From positions 64,001 through 128,000 of IMG/VR virus record IMGVR_UViG_3300030329_005813: a stretch of 64,000 nucleotides of DNA; one strand, given 5' to 3'. The notes beneath the pieces were generated by a model. It searched no databases. It had not been told where the DNA came from and saw only the letters and a list, made by a program, of their open reading frames with translations. This document shows, in pieces, positions 28,052 through 36,726 of this stretch. Within the stretch, counting starts at the first letter, position 1, and the number at the start of each line of letters is the position of its first letter. A program made the translations under genes and the position numbers. This DNA comes from a virus.

Positions 28052-28418
28052 GCTGAAACCCAAACTCTTCTTCGATCCTACCAATAAGTCTTTTTGGATT
28101 TTCTGTTCGAAGAATAACCAACTCATCGACGCGTTCTTGCTTAAGGATTTCTACATTTTGCTTGTATTCTTCGTATTCTTCTTCAAGAATTTTAAGCTTT
28201 TCCTGATACTCTTGCAGGGCTAGATTTTTTCTTTGCGTTTCACGGGCGTGGCTTTCATTTAACAACCTAATTCTATCCTCATAGCTTTTTACGGACGCGT
28301 CATATGCTTTAACAAGAGACCCGTGATCCTGCCACCAAAAAAAGCTAACTACAAATAGCAAAACAGCTAATGCAACTTCTTTCCAGTGTTTAATTAAAAA
28401 AGCTAAAACGGCTTCCAT
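28041..28418 (-). CDS. N-anchored coiled-coil protein (i-spanin/Rz-like candidate)
   Basis: N-terminal TM (VALAVLLFVVSFFWW) followed by a long coiled coil. Confidence 0.5.
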   Translation of the reverse strand: MEAVLAFLIKHWKEVALAVLLFVVSFFWWQDHGSLVKAYDASVKSYEDRIRLLNESHARETQRKNLALQEYQEKLKILEEEYEEYKQNVEILKQERVDELVILRTENPKRLIGRIEEEFGFQHVK

Positions 28419-28603
28419 TAAGCACCCTTCAACTTAACAATAGCGTCTATAACAGATTGGCCACCTATATACAAAGCTGAGATCATTACCCAGTCGGCGC
28501 TATCAAGAAATCCTAGTCCGGCTAGTGCTGTCGCAGTTGCCCACACAAGAAGCTTGCGTGAAACAAGCTTTTCCATACCTTTATCTAATAATGCTTTTGC
28601 CAT
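28418..28603 (-). CDS. small two-TM membrane protein (holin-like)
   Basis: SRKLLVWATATALAGLGFL..WVMISALYIGGQSVID; ACTATTTA motif and GGAGG RBS upstream. Confidence 0.55.
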   Translation of the reverse strand: MAKALLDKGMEKLVSRKLLVWATATALAGLGFLDSADWVMISALYIGGQSVIDAIVKLKGA

Positions 28604-28625
28604 AGTCACATTACCTCCAATACTA

Positions 28626-28633
28626 TAAATAGT
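28626..28633 (-). promoter_or_regulatory. ACTATTTA putative late promoter motif (holin-like gene)
   Basis: At the junction where the DNA-processing genes end and late genes resume. Confidence 0.55.
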
Positions 28634-31600
28634 TATTGGTTTATAAAAGCATAACCCTCTTTCTTTGAAATGTCAAGAGTAGTATCTACAACATCTTTCA
28701 AAGAATCTAGATGTGAAATAAGAAGGATCGTCTTAAAATATCCCTTAATCATATCTAATAGTTGTGTAAATGCTTGCAAGTGTTCTTCATCCAGTGCAGT
28801 CCCTGGCTCGTCCAAAACCATTATATCACTGGCTGGCAGATTAGATACCGCCAGGAATGCAAGTCGAATCGCCATGGCAGCCATTGTTTTTTCTGCTCCG
28901 GATGCCATAGATAGTGGACGTGGATCATATTCAGGGTGTTTAATAAAGATGTCTAGCCTATTTCCATTCTCTTCAAAGAAGACCTCAAAGGTTGTCAGGT
29001 TAGACAGCACTTTCGCAATCTCTTGATTGATAACTGGCAATTTCTTTTTAATCACATCATAAGCAATACCGTTAGGATGCATACAACGCATATAAAGGTC
29101 GTAGGCTGCAAACTGCTCACGAAGCTCAATGTATTCGTTTTTTTGTTCTTTAATATTTAAAACTTTCTGTTCCAGTGAGCCAACCATCCTGTGGTACTTT
29201 ATAATTTTTTCTTGGCACTTTGTAAAAGATCTCTGAATGGTTTTAAGTTTACTATCTAGCTCACCTTTCTTTGCTAACAAAACTTCAAGATTTTCAATAG
29301 CTTCTTTATTGTCTTCATAAGCTGTTTCTTTGGCCCTAAGAGTTTCTAGTTCGCCAGTTAGACGATTAATGGTATTTTTGTTACGGGCAATTTGAAGCTC
29401 GGTTGCTGTGACCGTCCTAGTGGTTTCATCTTTCTTTTCTATTAGGGACTTATACTTGCGAATGTTTTCTGCCACTACATCCGAGTCCAATGCGGTTCTT
29501 TCCTGCTTCTTTTCTTCTAGCAGCTTTTCTAGTGTGGGAAGATGAGCAAGCGCTTTTTCTGCTTCGTGGAGACACTTGCACCCCTTAATAAAACCCGGGT
29601 CGTCAAGAGTATCAATTTTCTTTTGAATCTCATACATCCCGCGCTCAAAAGTTTCCACATCTTCTTGTATATCAACATACTTGTCCCACTTATTATTAAG
29701 TTCCGCAATGTCGTAATTTTCAAGGAACTCATCAATCTTTACAACAAGCGACTTTTTGTCTTTTAACTCTTTTTTATCTTCAGATAGCTTTGCTTGTGCT
29801 GTAGTTAAAACACTTTGTTTTAAACTAATGTTTGATTTAACTTGTGCAATGTCGATAACTTCTGCTGGAATGGATTCAATTTTCGTTTCGATTTCGGCGA
29901 TCTCGGCAGTTAACTTTTCTATTTTAATCTTTAAGTCTTCACAAGCATCCTTTTGCTCTTCCAAACTTTGTTCACACTCGGCGTGTTCTTCTTCGGCCTG
30001 TTCAATTTCTACATCATATTCTATGCCTTCAAGGCGCTTAAGTGCGCCTTTTGTGTCGGCAGCATCTTCTTTTGCTAGCTTAAACTTCTTTTCAAAGATT
30101 TCCAAATCAAGAAACTTTGCAAGAATTTCTTTTCTTTTTGTGCTTCCTTCGCGAATAAATGAGAGGCTATCTAGCTGACTAGACATACTTGTAAGAAGAA
30201 AATCCTCGATTGTTCCAAACACTTTTCTAATATTCTTATCAGTATCATTCCTTGTTAAACCATTTAGGCTTATCTTTTCTCCGCTTTTATCGATCTTAAA
30301 AAATTCTAAATCGGTCTTAGCTTCAAGAGTTTCCTCTCCTTTTAGCCGGCGAACATATTTTGTTGAACTTCTTCTAATGTAATATTGGTCTTCTCCAATG
30401 GAGATTACCAGTTCCCCCGTTCCCTCTTCTCTATTCTGATTAATGATGTTGACATTTTTTCTTTCATTCTTAGAGGTAGTGTTAAAAATAGTAAAGAGCA
30501 GAGAGTCAATAATAGAAGATTTGCCTGAATAGTTTTTACCGAATATTCCAACTGTTCCATTTAGGCTGGAAAAATCAATGCGATTGCCCTCGCCATAATT
30601 AAATAAGTTGTCCCAACAGAGTTCTTTAACGTTCCATTTAATGTTTCTGGAGATCTCTTCGTTTTCTTCGGCTTTCTTGATATAAAGCGAATTCAAATCC
30701 AAGACTTTTTTCATTAAAGGTTCTTCGACTTGAAAATCTGTTAAGTACTCGCGTATTAATTCTTCTTGGATTGCCGGATCTCTCATATCATCCTGGCTAA
30801 TACCATCGGTAAAGTCTTTTACATTTCCTCTTTCGCCGGCTGCACGGTTAAGAAAGGAAATAGTATCAGGCTTGAAACGATGACGTGCGACTTCTTTTGC
30901 CTTACGCATCGCTTCAAGAGACAGATTATTGTTAGACACTAATCGTAACCGTGAACCCTTTTTCACAGTCAAGCCTTTGGGCATACGCCCGGTGGGGGTT
31001 AGATTTATAGTTATAAAAGGCTTGGGGTTAGGGATTACAATGTGCTCACAAGTAAAGTCATCTTTACCCTGGATATTCCATAGTAAAAATCCTTTGTCGT
31101 CCGTCTCTCCAAAGTTTTGTTGAACTGTGGAGCCTGGATACCGAACTTTTCCTTCATCATCTAACTTTTGGTTTGTTTTGTGAATGTCACCAAGAAATGC
31201 ATAATCAAACCCCTCAAAAATCTCAATGGGATGATCTCCGTGAGTCATTACCCAGCCCGTGTCAGTTTTAACACCGGATACGGATCCGTGGTAAAGAGCA
31301 ATATTAATCTTGTTTGAATCTGTTGGCTTGGTCCAGTTATCTTCATCGAATACAGAAAGCACATTAAGTGCTAACTTGTTGTCAATGATAACTTCCCCGG
31401 CATTCTTTAGCAGATGAAGATTAGAATGATTAAGCGCTTTTGCTATAGGAGTAATTGCATCCTGCCTATGCTCGTTCTTAAGGTTTCCATCGTGGTTCCC
31501 AAGAATAATATAGGTAGGTGCAATATCCGCTAAGTTTTTTAAAAATGAAGTTGCTAGATCAAAGTATTCAGGAGAAAGTTGTGTTTTTGTATGCGCTAAA

Positions 31601-31731
31601 TCACCACAATGAACAATACAATCAACTTTTTCTTTTCTTAACCTATCATAAATCTGATCGAAAATTGCTCGATACTCTTTATGATACTTATAGTTGCGAA
31701 TATGAGTATCCGCAAGATGTGCTATTTTCAA
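28633..31731 (-). CDS. fused Mre11/SbcD nuclease + Rad50/SbcC ABC ATPase (gp47-gp46 fusion)
   Basis: DTH, GD, GNHD, HG, GDIH phosphoesterase motifs; GKNYSGKS Walker A; coiled coil; SGAE signature; MVLDEP Walker B; ISH H-loop. Confidence 0.9.
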   Translation of the reverse strand: MKIAHLADTHIRNYKYHKEYRAIFDQIYDRLRKEKVDCIVHCGDLAHTKTQLSPEYFDLATSFLKNLADIAPTYIILGNHDGNLKNEHRQDAITPIAKALNHSNLHLLKNAGEVIIDNKLALNVLSVFDEDNWTKPTDSNKINIALYHGSVSGVKTDTGWVMTHGDHPIEIFEGFDYAFLGDIHKTNQKLDDEGKVRYPGSTVQQNFGETDDKGFLLWNIQGKDDFTCEHIVIPNPKPFITINLTPTGRMPKGLTVKKGSRLRLVSNNNLSLEAMRKAKEVARHRFKPDTISFLNRAAGERGNVKDFTDGISQDDMRDPAIQEELIREYLTDFQVEEPLMKKVLDLNSLYIKKAEENEEISRNIKWNVKELCWDNLFNYGEGNRIDFSSLNGTVGIFGKNYSGKSSIIDSLLFTIFNTTSKNERKNVNIINQNREEGTGELVISIGEDQYYIRRSSTKYVRRLKGEETLEAKTDLEFFKIDKSGEKISLNGLTRNDTDKNIRKVFGTIEDFLLTSMSSQLDSLSFIREGSTKRKEILAKFLDLEIFEKKFKLAKEDAADTKGALKRLEGIEYDVEIEQAEEEHAECEQSLEEQKDACEDLKIKIEKLTAEIAEIETKIESIPAEVIDIAQVKSNISLKQSVLTTAQAKLSEDKKELKDKKSLVVKIDEFLENYDIAELNNKWDKYVDIQEDVETFERGMYEIQKKIDTLDDPGFIKGCKCLHEAEKALAHLPTLEKLLEEKKQERTALDSDVVAENIRKYKSLIEKKDETTRTVTATELQIARNKNTINRLTGELETLRAKETAYEDNKEAIENLEVLLAKKGELDSKLKTIQRSFTKCQEKIIKYHRMVGSLEQKVLNIKEQKNEYIELREQFAAYDLYMRCMHPNGIAYDVIKKKLPVINQEIAKVLSNLTTFEVFFEENGNRLDIFIKHPEYDPRPLSMASGAEKTMAAMAIRLAFLAVSNLPASDIMVLDEPGTALDEEHLQAFTQLLDMIKGYFKTILLISHLDSLKDVVDTTLDISKKEGYAFINQ

Positions 31732-31756
31732 GTTAACCCCTACTTGAATATATTAT

Positions 31757-31785
31757 AATATAGCATATATTTAATAGCTTGTCAA
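31757..31785 (-). promoter_or_regulatory. sigma70-type promoter for the Mre11-Rad50 fusion
   Basis: TTGACA-17 nt-TATATT with TGn extended -10, in an AT-rich intergenic gap. Confidence 0.65.
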
Positions 31786-31788
31786 GTA

Positions 31789-32052
31789 TTATTTGCCAGC
31801 TTTGTGCTCTTCGGCTGCTTGAACGGCGACTGCCTTAACTTCGGCCGGATCCTTTAGGCCCACTGCTCTTTTAAGGGCGGCTAATGTAATTGTGCCCAAA
31901 ACAACCGGCGTAAAGTTATAAGCTAATTGTCCTAGGGCCTGAAGGATAATACCTAATTTTTCTGCATCTGTCATCAAATCTACGTCAACCTCTTGAATGC
32001 TTTCAAGCTCTTCCTTGATAATCTGTTTAAGTTGTGTCTTTGTTAATTTCAT
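31789..32052 (-). CDS. leader-family protein with hydrophobic cargo
   Basis: MKLTKTQLKQIIKEELESIQE. Confidence 0.7.
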   Translation of the reverse strand: MKLTKTQLKQIIKEELESIQEVDVDLMTDAEKLGIILQALGQLAYNFTPVVLGTITLAALKRAVGLKDPAEVKAVAVQAAEEHKAGK

Positions 32053-32318
32053 TTTAACTCTCCTCGCTCTTCCATCGAATACGCGATGGCGGCTGCTTGT
32101 TCTTTGGATTTTCCCTCATCACCAATTAGCTTTGCAATTTTCTTGGAAACTCTTTCTTGACCGACTTTGCTTACCTTGGTCTTTTTTTCATCTTCGTCTA
32201 ACTCATTCAGCAAATCTTCAACTTCTTCGCCAAACAGTTCACCCGCCTCTTCATTGGTAAGAACAACTTCTAACTCTTCTTTGATCAGTTTTTTAAGTTG
32301 TGCTTTGGTGATCTTCAT
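32049..32318 (-). CDS. leader-family protein
   Basis: MKITKAQLKKLIKEELEVVLTNE; C-terminal GKSKEQAAAIAYSM. Confidence 0.7.
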   Translation of the reverse strand: MKITKAQLKKLIKEELEVVLTNEEAGELFGEEVEDLLNELDEDEKKTKVSKVGQERVSKKIAKLIGDEGKSKEQAAAIAYSMEERGELK

Positions 32319-32374
32319 TTTTAGTATTCTTCTCCATATTGTTCACGCTCACTGGGAGCACTCGTAAGACCCTT

Positions 32375-32608
32375 TTAGCGCCCCAGAGCAAGCACCTCAA
32401 GACGATACGCCGCAGCACCGAGATATCTATTCAATTCGCGATCATCAATGATTTCAGCTAATTTGTTCTTAATATCTCTAAGTTGTTTTAACAATTCTAC
32501 TTTTGTTGTATCGCGCCCTGCCGATGCATCAGCCGGCTGCGGACCCTCGCTTATTTTTTCTAACTCTTCTTTGATGATCTGTTTAAGTTGTGCTTTTGTA
32601 ATTTCCAT
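32375..32608 (-). CDS. leader-family protein
   Basis: MEITKAQLKQIIKEELEKISE. Confidence 0.7.
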   Translation of the reverse strand: MEITKAQLKQIIKEELEKISEGPQPADASAGRDTTKVELLKQLRDIKNKLAEIIDDRELNRYLGAAAYRLEVLALGR

Positions 32609-32611
32609 TTT

Positions 32612-32953
32612 TTACTGATCCTTTTTGTAGTCGCCCAAAGCAAGAGCCAAGGCGCCGGCCAATGAATTAAGTTCAGCTGACCTCTCTTCACGCGGCATTC
32701 CACTAAGTGTATTAAGAAGCATCATCATAATTGCCCCGCCATCAGGTCTTATTTTATTTAGGGTCGCAACAAGATCATCAATCGATATATGCGTAGGATT
32801 TTCATCTTTTTGTTCTGGTGCGGCCGTCGAAGAAAATAGATCTGGAGTTCCACTAACCGCTGGGTCTCTACCTTGTGAAAAATCCAAAGGAGATAACGCT
32901 TCTTGAACCTCTTGTATAATCATTCGCTTGACGTCTTCCATTGTTATTTTCAT
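32612..32953 (-). CDS. divergent leader-family protein
   Basis: MKITMEDVKRMIIQEVQEAL; GGAG RBS. Confidence 0.65.
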   Translation of the reverse strand: MKITMEDVKRMIIQEVQEALSPLDFSQGRDPAVSGTPDLFSSTAAPEQKDENPTHISIDDLVATLNKIRPDGGAIMMMLLNTLSGMPREERSAELNSLAGALALALGDYKKDQ

Positions 32954-32964
32954 TTGGTTATCTC

Positions 32965-33894
32965 CTAGATTGCCGAAAGCCTTTGCAGTAAATAGTTTTC
33001 TTTTTCAATAGGAGAAGCTTTTTTCTTTCTTAAATCGAACTCACTTTTTGTCATTTCGCCGACGTCTTCAAAATTAGACGTATCAACTTTATAAACCTCA
33101 ACATTATAGGACAAAAAAAGATTTGCTATTTGTCTTTCTTTGTTTTCTGCATCATCGTCAAGAGCAAGATAAACCTTTTGGCCGCTTTTAACAATGGCCT
33201 CAAATAACTTACTGTTTGGCCTAAGAGTTGAACCAAGAAGTGGTATGGCATTTCCTGCCTTAATGGCGTCAAAAACACCCTCTACAATAATAATATCCTT
33301 GTTCCAATCAATATAAAGATCATTAAAAATAATATTACGGCTAGCTGGGGGATTCTTATACCTTGGCCATTCATTTCCATACGAACGCGCAATAAAATAA
33401 TTTACATATCCATTAGAGTTGAAAGAAGGAATAACAACTCGACCAGCGTATTCTCCCTCCATACAATAGCCTATCTTCCACTTGAGAATGTCGGCTCTAT
33501 CAATTCCTCTTTTTTTAAGATAGTTTAAAGCCCTCAAAGAAGCTCGTGACGGCTTCTTATCCGTTAGGCTAGCAAACCCCTGCGGAAGTTCAACGCGTTG
33601 CTCTATGGGCGCTTCAGGCTCCTTAAAAAGGAAGTCAAAGTCAGTGATCTCAACTTGGTCTTCAAACTTGGACCATTCGTCTCGATCTTGGCGTGTGCCA
33701 AACTTTCGGACGATATAGCCTAAATTTCGTCCGGACTTATCGCAAATCCAACATTTAAAGACGCTTTTATCAACATTTACAGAAAGCTTCTTTTTGTGAT
33801 GATCGCAGAATGGACAGTGAAAAAGATACTCACCACCTGACGCGTAGCCAGATCCGAGAACGTTTTTTATGATTTTAAGCTTTTCTGCTCGCAT
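32965..33894 (-). CDS. DnaG-like primase (Zn finger + TOPRIM)
   Basis: CPFC..H..CWIC Zn ribbon; IVEGVFDA and LDDD TOPRIM motifs; GRVVIP. Confidence 0.85.
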   Translation of the reverse strand: MRAEKLKIIKNVLGSGYASGGEYLFHCPFCDHHKKKLSVNVDKSVFKCWICDKSGRNLGYIVRKFGTRQDRDEWSKFEDQVEITDFDFLFKEPEAPIEQRVELPQGFASLTDKKPSRASLRALNYLKKRGIDRADILKWKIGYCMEGEYAGRVVIPSFNSNGYVNYFIARSYGNEWPRYKNPPASRNIIFNDLYIDWNKDIIIVEGVFDAIKAGNAIPLLGSTLRPNSKLFEAIVKSGQKVYLALDDDAENKERQIANLFLSYNVEVYKVDTSNFEDVGEMTKSEFDLRKKKASPIEKENYLLQRLSAI

Positions 33895-34397
33895 ATTACC
33901 CCCGCCTTAGCAATCACAAGTGAGTCTGCTCTATCATAAGACTCAGGCTTTGGATTGCCGTGACGAGTATAATCTATCACGAAACTGGGTTCGTTGTCAA
34001 GTAAAAACTTCAAAACAACTGGTTTCGCTTTTTCGCCCCTAGGGATCTTGATGCCGCATAGTTTTCGAGCAGACGTTGCCGCGATATACTCTGGCTTAAT
34101 CTTAAAGTTATCAAAAACAAGCCAAGATATAATACCGTTAAAGCGAGACAGAGTTGAAAGAGTTTTTGCAGATGAAAAACCTGAACGGAACGATTGTAAC
34201 GATTGTTCAATATAGACTGCGACAATTTGCTTCCCATATTGCTTATGGATGTCTTCCAGGCCAGATTTAACATACATTACCTTTTCAAAAAAATCTTTAT
34301 ACTTTCTTGTATCCCAAGCACCGTTGAGGATTATTTTGTCTCCATCAAGGAGTGTATAGCCAGTTATACTGGTCGAAATGTCTAAACCTAAAATCAT
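33867..34397 (-). CDS. RuvC-like Holliday junction resolvase
   Basis: ILGLDISTSITG, VYIEQ, YDRADSLVIA catalytic pattern. Confidence 0.85.
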   Translation of the reverse strand: MILGLDISTSITGYTLLDGDKIILNGAWDTRKYKDFFEKVMYVKSGLEDIHKQYGKQIVAVYIEQSLQSFRSGFSSAKTLSTLSRFNGIISWLVFDNFKIKPEYIAATSARKLCGIKIPRGEKAKPVVLKFLLDNEPSFVIDYTRHGNPKPESYDRADSLVIAKAGVICEQKSLKS

Positions 34398-34401
34398 ATA
34401 T

Positions 34402-34432
34402 ACTATATATCAAGCTTAAGTTTAAATGTCAA
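34402..34432 (-). promoter_or_regulatory. possible sigma70-type promoter giving a leaderless RuvC mRNA
   Basis: TTGACA-17-TATATA (or -19-TATAGT) ending 4-6 nt before the ATG; no SD; the -35 overlaps the upstream CDS. Confidence 0.4.
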
Positions 34433-35617
34433 GTCTCTATCTTCAGTTTTCTTAACTGGGGTGGCGACAGTGGCAATACCAATCACATTTTTATATTGAT
34501 CATAGATGGCGACTTTACTAATATAAGTAATTTTTTGGAAACTAGCCGTTGGTTCATTATACGAAGCACTCACGGTGTTTTTAATAATTGCGTCGCGCTC
34601 CACGTACTGATACGTACCGGTCATAGGGTTAGCAAACGAAGCGCTACTTTCCTGATCAATAAAAGTTGGATTATTCGAATAGTTTAGTTCACCTCGGGGG
34701 GCGTGAGCCATCATTGTAACATTTGGAACATAGTGAGTTCCGGAGAAAGCCATATAAAAACTAGCTGATGCTCTTGTTTGTGTTGAGGCTGTTTCACCTG
34801 ACGAGCCGGTAACACCATCGTTGGCACCGACACCAAAGTGAATCCATTTGGCAGAATCGACAGTTGTTCCGCCGGTATACTTTAATTGTCGATCATTAAT
34901 CGCCCAAGCTCCTGTTAAACACAAGAACCCTTCATTATAAAGTGCAACACCAGCAACTGAACCAGAATTTGGGGCGCCGTATGGGGCAACTTGTATAAGC
35001 TCTCCGTTTCTATTTACATCTCTTAACTGCCCAACCATTGTACCGGTTACATAAAATCTTAAATCAATGCTTCCTTTTTTAATAGAGGAGCCATAAAAGA
35101 TTGATGGAATCTCAACTAAGCCAAGTGCTTGAGAAGCCTTGTTGCCCATAGATGAAGAAAATTGATAATGCTTGCTGAGGGGTGTATAATGGTTTAATGT
35201 ATTCTTTAACGCGTCGACGTGTTTTCTTGTTGCGCTGGCAGCATAATAGCTTTTCTTGATTGATGCCGTTAGAGGATAGGAGCCGGTTATTTTTGCTCCA
35301 TAAGAAAACTGTGTCCTGTAATCGGAGTCTGATATGGTGCCTTTAGCACCACGAGCTATTACCTCAACTTCTCCACCCTTTGTTATTAAAGGGTATACCA
35401 GACCAGTATCGCCCGAAAGGCGATCAACATTTAGCTCATATAAGTTTATAAACCCAGGGCTTACGTTTGGTACACTTGGAGTAAATGAGCCTGACTTAAG
35501 AGAACGGTTGTTAAAATAGACTACAGAATCATAAATAAAAAATTCGTATTGTGGATGAGTCTTGAGACGATTATAAAACAAATCATCCGAAGCGAATTTG
35601 TATAAATTCGTGGGCAT
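34403..35617 (-). CDS. putative baseplate/tail structural protein
   Basis: C-terminal NYSNNPTF...TYISKVAIYD...IATVATPVKK...FKLKLDI, paralogous to the next gene. Confidence 0.6.
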   Translation of the reverse strand: MPTNLYKFASDDLFYNRLKTHPQYEFFIYDSVVYFNNRSLKSGSFTPSVPNVSPGFINLYELNVDRLSGDTGLVYPLITKGGEVEVIARGAKGTISDSDYRTQFSYGAKITGSYPLTASIKKSYYAASATRKHVDALKNTLNHYTPLSKHYQFSSSMGNKASQALGLVEIPSIFYGSSIKKGSIDLRFYVTGTMVGQLRDVNRNGELIQVAPYGAPNSGSVAGVALYNEGFLCLTGAWAINDRQLKYTGGTTVDSAKWIHFGVGANDGVTGSSGETASTQTRASASFYMAFSGTHYVPNVTMMAHAPRGELNYSNNPTFIDQESSASFANPMTGTYQYVERDAIIKNTVSASYNEPTASFQKITYISKVAIYDQYKNVIGIATVATPVKKTEDRDLTFKLKLDI

Positions 35618-35632
35618 GCCCCACTCCTCCCT

Positions 35633-36715
35633 TTAGTAGTCCAGTCTAACGCGCAATGTAAGTTCGTTTGAAGGAGTTTTCTTAAGGGGCTCGGACAATT
35701 TGGCAACGGCTAACAATTCTTTATCAGCGGAATACAGTCCAATCGTTGTTATGTATGCAACCGGCTGATCTCTAGAAACCTCTTTTACTCTGATCTTACT
35801 TCCACTTAAATAAGTCGGATTTGAACTATAGTTAAAATCACCGTGGTTAGCACGGCAGAAGTAGATTGTACTATTAAGTTCTGTTGTATTGTTGAACTCA
35901 ATGTTAATCAGTCGTGTTCGGAAACCATCAGCAGAGGCTGAAATAGCTGTACCTGACATCACCGTATTAATATTTCTTGTGTCGGCTGATGTCGCCGAAG
36001 AGCCAAAGCTTGATCCGAAGTCGTTAGCGGCTGATGAGGTAAAAACTGATGCGGTGAGTACGCAGATTCCCGCTTGGTAATAAAGCAGCCCAACGCCAGA
36101 CTCTTCATTTGGGGTTGCAGAACTTGTATATAAAATTCCATATTCGCCAGCAGGTGAGTTGACCTTGTAAGAGGTATCCGCACCATAATCGCCAACGGTC
36201 ATAGAATTTAAGAAACGAGAGTTCCCTGCCGTACCACCAGTAGCAAATGACATTCTAAAAGTATTTTTTTGAATCTCATCTTTGGTAAGAAGACGCGCAA
36301 AAGATAAGAAAAAAGCTTCTTTAATTTTGTTGCCGCCTGTCAAGTCTCCATCACGATCAAACTGTCGGACAGCACCAGTATGGTCAAATCCGACAAGCAT
36401 CTGAGCCATCTGATTGTAGATGTTAATTTTTTTGGATTGCATCTGTTGAGCCAATGGAGATGAATTGGACATAGCAGAGTCGGCGGGGTACCCAACCGTA
36501 ATATCAAAAATATGGTTGGCTGAGGAACTTAAGTAAGGATAATCATAAACCGATTGAAACATACCATGGCTATAGTTTTTAATATTTGTTTCATTGGTTG
36601 TACCTTCGACGTAAGTACCAGAGACAATTGATCCAGTAATCGGAATCACCTCGTGCAGAAGTGTTCGCGTTGTTGCTAAATCATTATTGCTAAAAGTTTT
36701 ATATGTAGATGCCAT
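35633..36715 (-). CDS. putative baseplate/tail structural protein
   Basis: C-terminal FNYSSNPTY...YITTIGLY...LLAVAKLSEPLKK...RVRLDY, resembling tail-fibre attachment domains. Confidence 0.6.
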   Translation of the reverse strand: MASTYKTFSNNDLATTRTLLHEVIPITGSIVSGTYVEGTTNETNIKNYSHGMFQSVYDYPYLSSSANHIFDITVGYPADSAMSNSSPLAQQMQSKKINIYNQMAQMLVGFDHTGAVRQFDRDGDLTGGNKIKEAFFLSFARLLTKDEIQKNTFRMSFATGGTAGNSRFLNSMTVGDYGADTSYKVNSPAGEYGILYTSSATPNEESGVGLLYYQAGICVLTASVFTSSAANDFGSSFGSSATSADTRNINTVMSGTAISASADGFRTRLINIEFNNTTELNSTIYFCRANHGDFNYSSNPTYLSGSKIRVKEVSRDQPVAYITTIGLYSADKELLAVAKLSEPLKKTPSNELTLRVRLDY

Positions 36716-36726
36716 TACTTACCTTC

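Noticed and set aside
28052-28126. Track start at 28126 for the 172-aa ORF; likewise 14956 and 20529 for scaffold and protease
   Set aside because: Downstream ATGs (28051, 14917, 20517) give a better RBS or a signal peptide, and the first avoids a long overlap.
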